Positions 10,117 to 20,739 of a stretch of DNA of 64,000 nucleotides are shown piece after piece. Each line of letters starts with the position of its first letter. The first letter of the stretch is position 1. The notes under the pieces were generated by a model that ran no database searches, was not told the origin of the DNA, and saw nothing but the letters and a program-made list of their open reading frames with translations. Source of the stretch: a virus (taxonomy: Duplodnaviria; Caudoviricetes); the IMG/VR virus record IMGVR_UViG_3300033121_000264, positions 32,001 to 96,000 of that record. One strand, given 5' to 3'. The translations under genes and the position numbers were made by a program.

Positions 10117-11096
10117 TGGATAAATGGCTAATTACAAAAACCCCAAATAGAATTAGTTTTTTTGGTGGTGGAACAGATTATCCAGAATTTTATAATGATA
10201 ATCCATCATTTGTAGTTAGTTCTGCAATTGACAAGTTTTCATATTTAATGATACGTAAATTACCAAAATTTTTTGACTATAAAAGCCGTTTTGTTTATTC
10301 AGAGACAGAAGAAGTAAAATCACACGAAGAAATTAAGCATCGAATTATTAACAAGGTATTAGAGGTTTTAAAGATTAATCATGGACTTGAAATCATTCAC
10401 ACATCGACTTTACCGGGAAACAGTGGTGTTGGTAGCAGCAGTAGCTTTACCGTTGGGCTTTTTAATGCAATTTCTAGCATTGAAGGTGTCCAAACTACTT
10501 CAAAAGGTTTGGCCGAAGCAGCAATCCTTTTAGAAAGAGATGTCCTTAAAGATGTTATTGGAATACAAGATGCGTATGCGGCAGCATATGGTGGTTTCAA
10601 TAAAATCTCATTTAGCCGACATGGAATACATGTAAATCCAATTATATGTAGTAATTCATTTATTACAGAACTTGAGGAATCATGTATATTATTGTACACT
10701 GGAATGAAGCGTGTCTCATCTAATGTAGCCACAGATTGCTTCGTTTTAAGAAATCCAGTAGAAGAACGATTAGCAACTAGACAAATAGCAGAAGAAGGAT
10801 TACAAGCTATTCGTAATGAGAGTATTAGTCAGATAGGAAAACTAATAGATAAGTCTTGGGAAGTAAAAAGAAGTCTATCCAAAACAGTATCAAACCCTTT
10901 AATAGATGATATTTATAAAAGGGCTAAATATATTGGATGCCACGGAAAGGTGATTGGAGCAGGGGGCGGCGGGTGTATGCTTTTAATATTTGATAGGACG
11001 TTAAAAAATAAAGTCAAAAACGAGTTTAAAGAGTTCGTAACGATTGATTTCAAACTGCAATTTGAAGGAAGTAAGGTGATGTATGTTGAAAGGTAA
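10116..11096 (+). CDS. hddA: GHMP sugar kinase, HddA-like (heptose-7-phosphate kinase family)
   Basis: RISFFGGGTD, PGNSGVGSSSS, GIQD and GAGGGG motifs. Confidence 0.85.
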   Translation: MDKWLITKTPNRISFFGGGTDYPEFYNDNPSFVVSSAIDKFSYLMIRKLPKFFDYKSRFVYSETEEVKSHEEIKHRIINKVLEVLKINHGLEIIHTSTLPGNSGVGSSSSFTVGLFNAISSIEGVQTTSKGLAEAAILLERDVLKDVIGIQDAYAAAYGGFNKISFSRHGIHVNPIICSNSFITELEESCILLYTGMKRVSSNVATDCFVLRNPVEERLATRQIAEEGLQAIRNESISQIGKLIDKSWEVKRSLSKTVSNPLIDDIYKRAKYIGCHGKVIGAGGGGCMLLIFDRTLKNKVKNEFKEFVTIDFKLQFEGSKVMYVER

Positions 11097-12033
11097 GGTT
11101 TGGGTAACTGGTGGAAACGGATTCTTTGGGCGACACTTAACTAGAGAATTAGAAAATCAAGGGTATTTTGTTTTATCTGCCCATTCATCAAAATTGAATC
11201 TATTAAATTATGAAGATTGTATTCGTTTTGTATATGATTATAAACCAATTTATATCATTCATGCCGCTGGTTATAATGGTGGAATTAAATTTAATTTAGA
11301 AAATCCATTTGATATATATGACCAAAATGTAAGAATGGGTAATAACGTAATAAGAATAGCTAATGAATATAAAGTTAAAAAAGTAGTATCTATTGTAACT
11401 AGTTGCGCTTATGGAGAATATACTTATTCGGGCGATGAAATGAATCCGTTTCAACCAAATGACCTATTAAGACCAGAAGACTTTCTATCTGATAAACCAA
11501 ATCCAACGGTAGAATGTCATGGATATGCCAAACGTCACTTACAACTCCTAAGCAAGTACGCCCATCAGCAATATGGTTTAAACGCTGTCACAGCCTGTAT
11601 AACTACAATGTATGGTCCAGGTGACTCTACGGACCTAAATAGAACTAAAGTAATGATGGCCCTCATTAAACGCTTTGTAGACGCCAAAAAAGAAAAAGCC
11701 GAAAGGGTAACCTGTTGGGGAACTGGAAAGCCACGCCGCCAATTTATTTATGTAAAAGATGCTGCAAAATGCGTTATAAAAGCTTTGGAAGACTATAATA
11801 ATAGTAGTGTCCCAGTCAATATTAGCCCATTGGGAGACATAAGACTTTCACAGCTAGTAAGAGAAATTGCATGGGCTGTAGACTATAAAGGTGAGATAGC
11901 TTGGGACCACACAAAACCTGATGGGCAAATGAAGAAAGAATTGGTTCCACATGAGATGTTTAAAGATTTTGAGTTTACTGGACTTACCCAAGGTATTAAG
12001 GAAACGATAGAATGGTATCAAAGTTTGGGATAA
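11083..12033 (+). CDS. fcl: GDP-L-fucose synthase-like epimerase/reductase
   Basis: VTGGNGFFG, HAAG..GGI..N, SCAY, YAKR, WGTG.PRRQF.YV.D, KPDGQ. Confidence 0.88.
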   Translation: MLKGKVWVTGGNGFFGRHLTRELENQGYFVLSAHSSKLNLLNYEDCIRFVYDYKPIYIIHAAGYNGGIKFNLENPFDIYDQNVRMGNNVIRIANEYKVKKVVSIVTSCAYGEYTYSGDEMNPFQPNDLLRPEDFLSDKPNPTVECHGYAKRHLQLLSKYAHQQYGLNAVTACITTMYGPGDSTDLNRTKVMMALIKRFVDAKKEKAERVTCWGTGKPRRQFIYVKDAAKCVIKALEDYNNSSVPVNISPLGDIRLSQLVREIAWAVDYKGEIAWDHTKPDGQMKKELVPHEMFKDFEFTGLTQGIKETIEWYQSLG

Positions 12034-12488
12034 TTCTTAATAACTATGGACAAAACCAGTTAGCATTCGATACGCTACAAACCGCTAACGAATTCCTTAG
12101 AATGGGCAACAAAGTAGATTTGACCCTATTTTATGAAACCCCAGTACCTTTAAGACAATCTCCATTAACTGCCCTAATGAATCTATATGAAGCATGGAAT
12201 TATGATGGAACAGTTGTAGCTACATCAGTTTCCTCGGCTTTTAAGGTTTTAGGGATGCCAATTCCAAACCAAAGATATTTTTATGTCTATAATCCTGAAT
12301 GGATTCATAATCATACTATCTATGAAGCATACTATAAACTAGCAAAATCCGACATTGAATTTATTGCTAGAACAAAAGAACACGCAGATTTGATTATTAA
12401 CAATTTTAATAAAGTACCGAAATTTATACTAGAACAAATGAATGTGGAGGCATTATGGCAGGCGTTGAACTCCTTCCAACAATCGTAA
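12012..12488 (+). CDS. Hypothetical protein (possible GT N-terminal-like domain)
   Basis: Coupled ORF; VVATS...YFYV pattern. Confidence 0.5.
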   Translation: MVSKFGIILNNYGQNQLAFDTLQTANEFLRMGNKVDLTLFYETPVPLRQSPLTALMNLYEAWNYDGTVVATSVSSAFKVLGMPIPNQRYFYVYNPEWIHNHTIYEAYYKLAKSDIEFIARTKEHADLIINNFNKVPKFILEQMNVEALWQALNSFQQS

Positions 12489-13240
12489 AAGGTTATTTTG
12501 AAGAATTTAAGTCTATTAGCACTATTGCAAAAGAATTAAATACTTATCCAAATGATGTGCGACGTATCCTATTAAAAAATGGATATACATTACGAGATAA
12601 AAGTGAAGCACAATCTATCTCATTAAAAACAGGAACTCATCCACATCCCACAAAAGGTAAGAAAAGAACAGATGAAACTAAGCTAAAAATTAGCGAAGGA
12701 CTATCAGCTAACTGGGAAGGTTTAAGTAAAGATAAGAAAGAGGCAAGAGCTAAGGTAAGTAGGGATAATTGGAATGCAATGAGCCAATCTGACAAAGAAA
12801 CATTTAGAAAATCAGCATCTAAAGCTATTCTGAAAGCCGCAAAAGAGGGTTCTAAAATTGAACATCTTATTATGGCAAATTTGGTCGAACGTGGTTATCG
12901 TCCGTTATTCCATCATGAAATGATGTTACCAAACGAAAGATTACAAATCGACCTGTTTATTCCTGAGCTAGCAACAGCTATTGAAATTGATGGGCCAACT
13001 CATTATAAGCCAATTTGGGGCGAAGAAAAACTTCAAAAACAAGTCGCCGCCGATAACGAAAAAAATGGATTACTTCTAAGTATGGGATTTAATATAATTA
13101 GAGTTAAATATACTGTGTCGAAAATTACATTGAAATATAAAAAAGAATTGGAGGAATCTCTTGCTAAAGTATTAAATACATTATCAGAACAACAGAAAAG
13201 CGGAAAAGTTACACCACAAATTGTTTTAATAGGAGCTTAA
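12455..13240 (+). CDS. Endonuclease with NUMOD3-like segment and Vsr/DUF559-like PD-(D/E)xK domain
   Basis: KGKKRTDETKLKISE, IDLFI...AIEIDGPTH, D..KN..L...GFNIIRV. Confidence 0.75.
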   Translation: MAGVELLPTIVKGYFEEFKSISTIAKELNTYPNDVRRILLKNGYTLRDKSEAQSISLKTGTHPHPTKGKKRTDETKLKISEGLSANWEGLSKDKKEARAKVSRDNWNAMSQSDKETFRKSASKAILKAAKEGSKIEHLIMANLVERGYRPLFHHEMMLPNERLQIDLFIPELATAIEIDGPTHYKPIWGEEKLQKQVAADNEKNGLLLSMGFNIIRVKYTVSKITLKYKKELEESLAKVLNTLSEQQKSGKVTPQIVLIGA

Positions 13241-13242
13241 TT

Positions 13243-14064
13243 ATGCCAAGAGGCAGACCAAGAAAAGTTGTATCAATTGTGACTCAAGGAGATAATGTGG
13301 AATTATCAGATAATGGACAAACAGATGCAGTTACAGCATTATTAGAAGTAGCAAATTTAGAAGTAAATGATGACCAAGAAAATGAAGAAGCACAAGAAGA
13401 AGCTGTTAAGGCTCCAAATATGTTCTCTCCAGAATGGTCTGATTATGTATTGGCTCAATTACAAGCAGATGAAAAATCTGATGACAAACCGACAGTAGAA
13501 GGTTTACGTAGAGTATCTCAAGTATTACTTGGGCCTATTGTTGATTCAAGACCAACCCACGTTGTAGGTAACGGCGGACAAACGATTGTTGGATATGCTG
13601 TTACTTTCTTATGGAATCGTCCAGAAGACCCACGTTTTGGTAGTGAGATTACATTTGGTAGTTGTGCAGATACTACAGAAGATAATGCTGGACATCCATT
13701 TAATAAATATGGAGCAGCCATGTCTGATACAAGAGCAGAGGGTAGAGCATTGAAAAAAGCATTAGGATTGCGTAGAGTTATGACGGCAGAAGAAGCTAAT
13801 CTTGATTTACAGGTTCCATCGAAAGATGCTGCAACATCAGGTCAATTAGCCGCTATTAAGAATTTATGCCGTAAACAAGACATTAACGTAAAGAAATTTA
13901 TTGAAATGTATTGTACCGAAAACGGATTAGATGTGCCGGTAGCAATTGAGCAATTAACAAAAGACGTTGCCGTTCAATTGTGTGCAGCTCTAAATAATTA
14001 TAATGTTGATGTTAAGAATAGTGAGTATAAAGTTGTTCCACAAGAAATTAAGGGGTTTGAATAA
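13243..14064 (+). CDS. Putative single-strand annealing protein (Rad52/Sak-like) with N-terminal AT-hook
   Basis: MPRGRPRK AT-hook; AMSDTRAEGRALKKALG resembles the Rad52-like helix; C-terminal AT..Q...IK motif. Confidence 0.45.
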   Translation: MPRGRPRKVVSIVTQGDNVELSDNGQTDAVTALLEVANLEVNDDQENEEAQEEAVKAPNMFSPEWSDYVLAQLQADEKSDDKPTVEGLRRVSQVLLGPIVDSRPTHVVGNGGQTIVGYAVTFLWNRPEDPRFGSEITFGSCADTTEDNAGHPFNKYGAAMSDTRAEGRALKKALGLRRVMTAEEANLDLQVPSKDAATSGQLAAIKNLCRKQDINVKKFIEMYCTENGLDVPVAIEQLTKDVAVQLCAALNNYNVDVKNSEYKVVPQEIKGFE

Positions 14065-14612
14065 TGTTGAAAGAATTTAGAATTTATAAGCCGTTTAAAG
14101 ACAAGACCACAGGCCAATTTAAAGGGGCCGCATCTAAAATTGAGCTTCGTCGTAAAGATGTTAAGAAAACAGACGCAGAAGGTAAAGAATATACCATTTA
14201 TGAATGGATGATGTTCTGGACTGGAACTGTACAAACAGGAGAAGACGCAAAAGGAAATGCTTCTTTCGCGTGGCAAACCAAGGAAAATCCAGGTAAGCAG
14301 GTGTGCCTAAAGTTAGGTGACCCTGATGTGGGCGACCTATTAGCTGTTCTTAATGGTCAAAAACCACAAGTTGGTGGTATGACTGGTAAGGGTATCTATC
14401 ACGAAAACGATAAGGGTAATAGCTCTTTAACGTTTAAGTATAGTGATGGTAAGGTTGATGGGGCACAAAAGTATGAACCATCATATCGAGTAAGAGTCTC
14501 AAGTAAGGTTGGTTCTACTCTAATTGCGGCAGAACATAGTATTACTCTTGGTGAAGCAGAAATTCTTAAAGAGATTCTACTTGGTTATGTAAGGAAGAAA
14601 TATCTACAATAG
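14064..14612 (+). CDS. Putative ssDNA-binding protein (PC4/Whirly-like)
   Basis: Two repeats of beta-strands plus helix (KLG.PDVG.LL; I.LGEAEIL); adjacent to the SSAP-like gene. Confidence 0.35.
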   Translation: MLKEFRIYKPFKDKTTGQFKGAASKIELRRKDVKKTDAEGKEYTIYEWMMFWTGTVQTGEDAKGNASFAWQTKENPGKQVCLKLGDPDVGDLLAVLNGQKPQVGGMTGKGIYHENDKGNSSLTFKYSDGKVDGAQKYEPSYRVRVSSKVGSTLIAAEHSITLGEAEILKEILLGYVRKKYLQ

Positions 14613-14616
14613 TAGA

Positions 14617-15060
14617 TTAAGTATCTCCAGGCCATTTCTTAAGGGGACAGTGAAAAGCTGCCCCTTTTGCTTTTAATGCTAGATAACAACCACAAAATGT
14701 ACACCTATTTCCAATGTCATCATACTTATCACAAGAAGAACACACTTCTAGTCTTTTAGCATATTCTTCTTTAGTAACAGTGGTTGGATTAGCTATGAAT
14801 GCTCCAAGCGCTTTTAGTGCATTTTTAGCCATAGTTCCATAAGATGGCATTTCTTGTAATTCGTTCTCAATTGGTGGTATGGTGCGTGGTTTATTTTTTA
14901 CTTCACGTAACTCTACATTTTGTGGTACATACCCTTCTTGATTATGACAAACTAATACTATTTTATTAGCTGGTGCCTTATGCATAAAAATACGTCCACA
15001 CAACGTACATATATTTTTCTCATCATTATTAACATCTTTAACTAAAGTACAAGCTCTCAT
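14617..15060 (-). CDS. Cys-rich small protein (DUF6171-like C-terminus)
   Basis: RLEVCSSC...RCTFCGCYL..KA....CPLKKW. Confidence 0.6.
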   Translation of the reverse strand: MRACTLVKDVNNDEKNICTLCGRIFMHKAPANKIVLVCHNQEGYVPQNVELREVKNKPRTIPPIENELQEMPSYGTMAKNALKALGAFIANPTTVTKEEYAKRLEVCSSCDKYDDIGNRCTFCGCYLALKAKGAAFHCPLKKWPGDT

Positions 15061-15072
15061 ATTGTTCCTTTA

Positions 15073-17406
15073 TTAATCTATTGTTATACTAACTTCAAAT
15101 TTTCCCAACCTTGGAGAACTTGGAGTATCAGCACATAAGGGGTGTGGAGTATTGGTATAAGGGGCACTATAACCAGTTGGGTATGAATAGCAAGATGGAC
15201 CACAACTAGATATATAGAATTGTGGGTCTATTTCACAACTAGCATTCATCCAACCGCCATAACCCCAATAATACAAATAACTTCCATTGCTACCACCAGG
15301 ATAATGATTATTGTACTCTCCCCAATTATCCTTGTATGGGATACCACTAACTTCACTTACAGAACATTTTGTGCCTGTGGCAGTTACACTACAGAAAGAT
15401 ACTCCAGGAGTGATATTAAAATTATAGTTATTTCCATACCAGCCATTGTAAATATTATTGGCCCAGTGGCAATTTGTAGACATAGCCACACCGGCCTTTA
15501 TCACAACTTTATGATTTGCTTCAGGGTCAACGCAAGATATTGCACTATTCCAACCGTAATATCCAGAATTTAGGTCGGATGGATTCATTTCATGATAACC
15601 TACTAATGTGGCCTCCATTTCCTGATTAGCATAATATTGAATTGCCGTCTTTGCACGATTAGGAAAAGTACCAGCGTGATGAGTTGAAGTTACAACGCAT
15701 GGTATAGTAGTTCCATATTCCTCATAACCTCCTTCTGTACCAATTTCATTACAAGCCCAAGGTACATCATTATTAACCTCAGTTTCTATTAATGCAGATA
15801 AATACCCACAATACCCGCCTACTGATTGGTAAGTAAGGTTACCGTTCATCCAATTATAATATGGCATAGTTTGGTTTTTCAAATTCACCAATTCAACAAC
15901 CTGTGGATGCGCAGAACATATGCCTGTATATTCATATTCTTTAGTTTCATGACAACACTTTTCTGACCAGTCTGGAGGTAATTGAAACTCGCCAACCGCG
16001 ACCCCGCTAGTAATTATATCTTGCCAACCAGCCATACCAGATTCTATTCTAGTATATGTATTATTAGATATGTCACAACACCACGGCGTACAATCTACTT
16101 CTGGGTTGTATAAGTCCTCCAAAGGAACATTAAGCAAATCAACTGTAGGCCAGCATCCCAATGAAACCCATCCCCACGCACACGGACTAGAGCAAAAACA
16201 CGTTCCATTGATTTCACCTACGAATGCTTGGTATTGTTCGTTAGTAATAAATGTACCGACTTTAGTGCCAATATAAGCTAATAATGCTTGACGAGTATTT
16301 TGATTGTATTGATTACATTGTGCTACTTCACTTGCAATATTCTTGGCAACAAAGTAAGAAGTTGTTTTGTCTTCAAGTTCTGGAAAGTGTAGATATACGC
16401 TCGGAGCAAATGTTCCGGCGTTTAAACTTAAACAATTACACTCAGCGCATGGACAATGATATTTAATCCCGCTCACTTGACCAGTAAGACCATTATAATC
16501 AAAACATTGACCTTTAGCGTCTTTTTGGGTTGAACGAAAACCAAAATATACATCTTTAATAAAAATATTATCTTCTCCTTGTAAAATTTGGAAAGAGAAG
16601 TCTTTTGTGGTAGACGGCATTTCCCACCCTAATAATTGAGCACCAAGATGCGTATACAGTTGTGAATTTGCTGTTAGACGATAAGTACCTCCTTGGATTA
16701 TAGATGGTTTATCTGCTTGTGTATGACATTGTTTGAATTTCCATTTTTCATCATTATCTTCGCCAGCGTATGCTTCTGGTGGAGTGTATGGCGGTGAATA
16801 TATGCCATTTTCATAAGACCAATATGGAGGAATATTTGAAATATCGTACAAAACACTATCACCCTGGGCCAAAAATAATTGACTAATACTTAAACCGCTA
16901 GCCTCTCTTACATCGTCGTTAGCAAAACCAAGTAAAAATTCTGCTGCCCAATTACCATCCTGGGGTACACCATATGAATGTGGCATTTCTATGATGGTTT
17001 CATATAGATTAATAGAGTTTGTAATCTGAATAGCTAGATAGTTATATGTACTAGGGTCTGGTGGTATTGCTCCTTCTATATATTCTGTATATTCAACAAC
17101 GGTAGCAGTAATATAATCATTATGAAAGTGTAATCTAATAGCGTCCCCTTCTTGAACGCCAGAAAACATCACGTTGGCATATAGTTCTAAAGAGCGCCCC
17201 TTGCTACTGAGTGTAATTTTCTCATTTGGCACATGACAAGCAAGTAATGCTGGGTCTTCATCATCTGTGCCCTCAACAGGTTTAAGATACCACGTATTAC
17301 TATTAAAATCATACGAGTCTAACGACGTATTCATTAAAAAGGATGTATTTTCGTGAATTTTGCAACCGCCGCAACAGCCGCAACCACCGCCAAATTTAAA
17401 AGCCAT
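15073..17406 (-). CDS. Cys-rich virion protein (putative tail tip/receptor-binding)
   Basis: Near the distal end of the tail operon; starts GGGCGCCGGC; rich in Cys, Tyr and Trp. Confidence 0.55.
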   Translation of the reverse strand: MAFKFGGGCGCCGGCKIHENTSFLMNTSLDSYDFNSNTWYLKPVEGTDDEDPALLACHVPNEKITLSSKGRSLELYANVMFSGVQEGDAIRLHFHNDYITATVVEYTEYIEGAIPPDPSTYNYLAIQITNSINLYETIIEMPHSYGVPQDGNWAAEFLLGFANDDVREASGLSISQLFLAQGDSVLYDISNIPPYWSYENGIYSPPYTPPEAYAGEDNDEKWKFKQCHTQADKPSIIQGGTYRLTANSQLYTHLGAQLLGWEMPSTTKDFSFQILQGEDNIFIKDVYFGFRSTQKDAKGQCFDYNGLTGQVSGIKYHCPCAECNCLSLNAGTFAPSVYLHFPELEDKTTSYFVAKNIASEVAQCNQYNQNTRQALLAYIGTKVGTFITNEQYQAFVGEINGTCFCSSPCAWGWVSLGCWPTVDLLNVPLEDLYNPEVDCTPWCCDISNNTYTRIESGMAGWQDIITSGVAVGEFQLPPDWSEKCCHETKEYEYTGICSAHPQVVELVNLKNQTMPYYNWMNGNLTYQSVGGYCGYLSALIETEVNNDVPWACNEIGTEGGYEEYGTTIPCVVTSTHHAGTFPNRAKTAIQYYANQEMEATLVGYHEMNPSDLNSGYYGWNSAISCVDPEANHKVVIKAGVAMSTNCHWANNIYNGWYGNNYNFNITPGVSFCSVTATGTKCSVSEVSGIPYKDNWGEYNNHYPGGSNGSYLYYWGYGGWMNASCEIDPQFYISSCGPSCYSYPTGYSAPYTNTPHPLCADTPSSPRLGKFEVSITID

Positions 17407-17407
17407 A

Positions 17408-20400
17408 TTAGCACTCCGCAGAAATTACAGTTAATTCATCATCCATAAATCCACAAACCATTTTAGTACCAACCGGTATATCATCTAAGTTATAAAAATC
17501 ATGAAGTGGAAATTTAATATCTTGGTATTTAAACATATGTTTACCACCTTCTACACCATCATATGTTCCTTTCATTAGTATATATGGGCTATCCCACATT
17601 TTTATTATAGGATTCCATCTTATATTTAATGGTCCAGTCTTCCATTTGTCTGGTTTTTGCAAAAAATCATCAGCAAAATCAGTACGATTTGGTAATGTTG
17701 GCAACGTTGGAATACTAGACTCAGCATTTGGTACTGGACATCCATAAAAATCATAACCCCACCCAGTAATAGTAATTGGCCCTTTCAAACCAATAGCGCG
17801 TATATCTTGACTTAATGATGAAATTTGATTTTTAATAGTTTGTAGACCATCACTTGGGATTGTTGTACCATAGGCGTATAATTGACCATCAGCATATGAT
17901 GATTGTGAACCGCCATGAAGACTGTGTGAAAACGGGTCAAAATATTTAGAACTTTTACATTTGTCCTCACCAATACCTCCTTGATAAAGCGGTGTTTCAT
18001 AATGTGGTAATTGTGCGCTAGTATAATACGAAAAAGGAGAGAATAAAGAATCTAAACCACAAATCGCTTGTTTAGTATAATTAGTGCTATTTAAACTTGC
18101 CATTCCTTCTTCCATAGTACCAAAAGATACAGTCACAGCATTATGAGAAGAACCCTCAAAAGATGGATGAGAATAATGAGCGCCATAAACAACTAAGTGT
18201 GGAGACTTTTGAACAGAGCCAGCCGTACCCTTTTTAGAAAATACATCTGCTCTAGCAGAGAAATATCCAGCAGGAACAGCATTAACAGAGCGAGCATTTT
18301 GTAAATTATTTCTATAGCTTTCTCTAGCTACTTTAGATAATCTTTGATAACGGTCTGCTCTAGCTTTAGCAAAACCAGCTATTGAAGCTGTGTATGTTCT
18401 TAGTGTATATGATGTGCTAACTCCATTTGGACCAATACTAACGTCTAAACTGGTCACATTAGGTCCACCAGCCACTAACTCATCCCCAAGGTTGACTATT
18501 GGGGCACCAACCAATTCAACTCGACCCATTTCTGCTTCTTGTTGATTGGCAGTAACTCCAGCCATTTGAGCTAAACCGGCATAATTCATCCAGGTGTACC
18601 CATTATAATTCCAAGGTACTAATTCTTGATTTTGTTCTACTCTAACCTTACCACCAGCGGCCGCTGCCGCCCCTGCTGTTCCATACCAAGGTCCATAAGT
18701 TCTATTATTGTCTCTTAAAGGCACACACGCTTCTGCTGGTAGTACGGCGGCTGGAGCATAATCAATAGAAAAATAAGCTGTAGCATTTGTACCGTTTTCA
18801 TTAGCAATAGCTTTTGCTTTAGTTTTTTGACCACCTGTACCATTGTCGATTTGAGGATTACCACCAGCCGCTTTTATAATGGCTTTTAAAATGATTTGTG
18901 ATGGTCCCCAAACTTCATTACTACCATCTACCCTCATATTAACAGATGATGGCAATGTTATTACAGCCCTAGGGTCATATTTATTCGAGGCTGTTACATA
19001 TACTAATTTTTGGTCAATCTGAGCTTTAACATATAGTTTTAAATTACCACTTTCATTATATACTAAAAAATCATCTGGAGACAAATTTTTACATTCTAAT
19101 TGATTAGCGCTATTAAATTTAACAAAGGTAATCCATTTACCATCATCTGTAGTCATAAAATCTTCAAATGCTTCTGGGAAATTCAGAGGTTTTTGTCCTC
19201 CAGCCCACGCTCCAACATCTAAATATCCAGCATCTATTGGTTCATAATTAATTAATTCTCTATTAGTGTCTGGTTCTATAGCTGTAGCAAACGGTTCTAA
19301 CAGCGGTAATAAATTTAATCTAACCATAAACTTACGACCATAATATTCTTTAGCTAGAATCTCTATAGCATTAAACAAATTAAATATTTGCTCTTGTTTG
19401 TCTGGGTCTTTTGCGAATTCACTAAGACCAACTTTAGTATTAGCTATTGTAGCCGCATTACCTTTACCACTGGTTAATGCTTCACTAGTGGCTGAATCTA
19501 AATTAATTCTACCCTCTATACCTAATGTTGAAGCTTTAGATGGAAATACAATACCAATATATGTCATCCATGAATCAATACCAGCGGCCGCTGCTCTTAG
19601 TTCTCCAACGCTACATTGATATGTGGCCCCAACACCAGGACAATTAATATGTCTAGAATCAATAGTAAATGAATGAGCATCATTTATACCGGTGCCAATA
19701 ATCGCATTACCATTGGCGTCTACTCCCCAATATGGCCAGATTGTAGCGCTAGCCCCAGTACCATCTAATGTTGTGGTATATATGCGTTCTTGCTGACCGC
19801 CAATTAAAAAGCCGAAGACTTCCTCATTACGTAGTTCTCTACCGTGATTTTTAGCAGATGCTTCTGTTTGACTTTCAATCCAGGCTGATAAAACTGTTAG
19901 GTCTGGAACTACTTTTCTAGACACGCACTTAAATTTAATTATAGGTAAATAACTACTACTACCGCTAGAATGACCAATAGATAGAGATAAATATGGATAA
20001 AAGTCATAACCGGCATCTTGACATAATTGACCAATGGCTTCGCCAAGATTAATAGTATTTCCGCCCATTCGATATGATGGGTCTGCAACTGGTAATTCAG
20101 ATACGTCAATTTGATAATATTGGTTTTTAAACTTCATTCTACAGCTAAAATTACCATCTCCACCAGCATTACATAATGTATTTATGCCGGTCTTTATTCC
20201 AAGGCCAGTGCTTCCATACCAGGGCATTCCTGCTTCATTTATTCTTGAACCACCAAAACCATAGATATATTCATAATATCCATAAATATTCATTAAATTA
20301 GGCGCACCATATACCCATCCACTATAACCCCCAATTATCAATTGAACATTATTTAATATTTCAGTTGGGCCTACAATATGGACTTCGTAGTATCTACCAT

Positions 20401-20701
20401 TAATTTCATTCTTTTTTTCCCAACTTTGTAGAATACCGCTAAATTCAAAGTCTCCAAATTTAAAATAAACTGGGGCACCAATTTCTGGTGGTGAAAAAGA
20501 GTCTGCTGTAGTAGTATCACTAGCCGTAGCTAATGGCGTAATATTATTACCACTGTAACTAGCCCAAACCTTTTTAGTTGTTTCTGTAGAAGTATCCTCT
20601 ACTAATGATACACTTAAAGATGTAGCATCACCATTCCAGCCTAACTGGGCACTAAAGTTAGCAATGCTTGCTCCTAGAAATCTTGTTTGTTCAAACGACA
20701 T
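17408..20701 (-). CDS. Tail hub/tip protein
   Basis: 1097 aa, two genes after the tape measure; beta-rich N-terminus (SLSVSLVED...FSGILQSW). Confidence 0.6.
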   Translation of the reverse strand: MSFEQTRFLGASIANFSAQLGWNGDATSLSVSLVEDTSTETTKKVWASYSGNNITPLATASDTTTADSFSPPEIGAPVYFKFGDFEFSGILQSWEKKNEINGRYYEVHIVGPTEILNNVQLIIGGYSGWVYGAPNLMNIYGYYEYIYGFGGSRINEAGMPWYGSTGLGIKTGINTLCNAGGDGNFSCRMKFKNQYYQIDVSELPVADPSYRMGGNTINLGEAIGQLCQDAGYDFYPYLSLSIGHSSGSSSYLPIIKFKCVSRKVVPDLTVLSAWIESQTEASAKNHGRELRNEEVFGFLIGGQQERIYTTTLDGTGASATIWPYWGVDANGNAIIGTGINDAHSFTIDSRHINCPGVGATYQCSVGELRAAAAGIDSWMTYIGIVFPSKASTLGIEGRINLDSATSEALTSGKGNAATIANTKVGLSEFAKDPDKQEQIFNLFNAIEILAKEYYGRKFMVRLNLLPLLEPFATAIEPDTNRELINYEPIDAGYLDVGAWAGGQKPLNFPEAFEDFMTTDDGKWITFVKFNSANQLECKNLSPDDFLVYNESGNLKLYVKAQIDQKLVYVTASNKYDPRAVITLPSSVNMRVDGSNEVWGPSQIILKAIIKAAGGNPQIDNGTGGQKTKAKAIANENGTNATAYFSIDYAPAAVLPAEACVPLRDNNRTYGPWYGTAGAAAAAGGKVRVEQNQELVPWNYNGYTWMNYAGLAQMAGVTANQQEAEMGRVELVGAPIVNLGDELVAGGPNVTSLDVSIGPNGVSTSYTLRTYTASIAGFAKARADRYQRLSKVARESYRNNLQNARSVNAVPAGYFSARADVFSKKGTAGSVQKSPHLVVYGAHYSHPSFEGSSHNAVTVSFGTMEEGMASLNSTNYTKQAICGLDSLFSPFSYYTSAQLPHYETPLYQGGIGEDKCKSSKYFDPFSHSLHGGSQSSYADGQLYAYGTTIPSDGLQTIKNQISSLSQDIRAIGLKGPITITGWGYDFYGCPVPNAESSIPTLPTLPNRTDFADDFLQKPDKWKTGPLNIRWNPIIKMWDSPYILMKGTYDGVEGGKHMFKYQDIKFPLHDFYNLDDIPVGTKMVCGFMDDELTVISAEC

Positions 20702-20739
20702 ATAACTTTCCTTTGGTTATGTTATTATTATATTATAGC

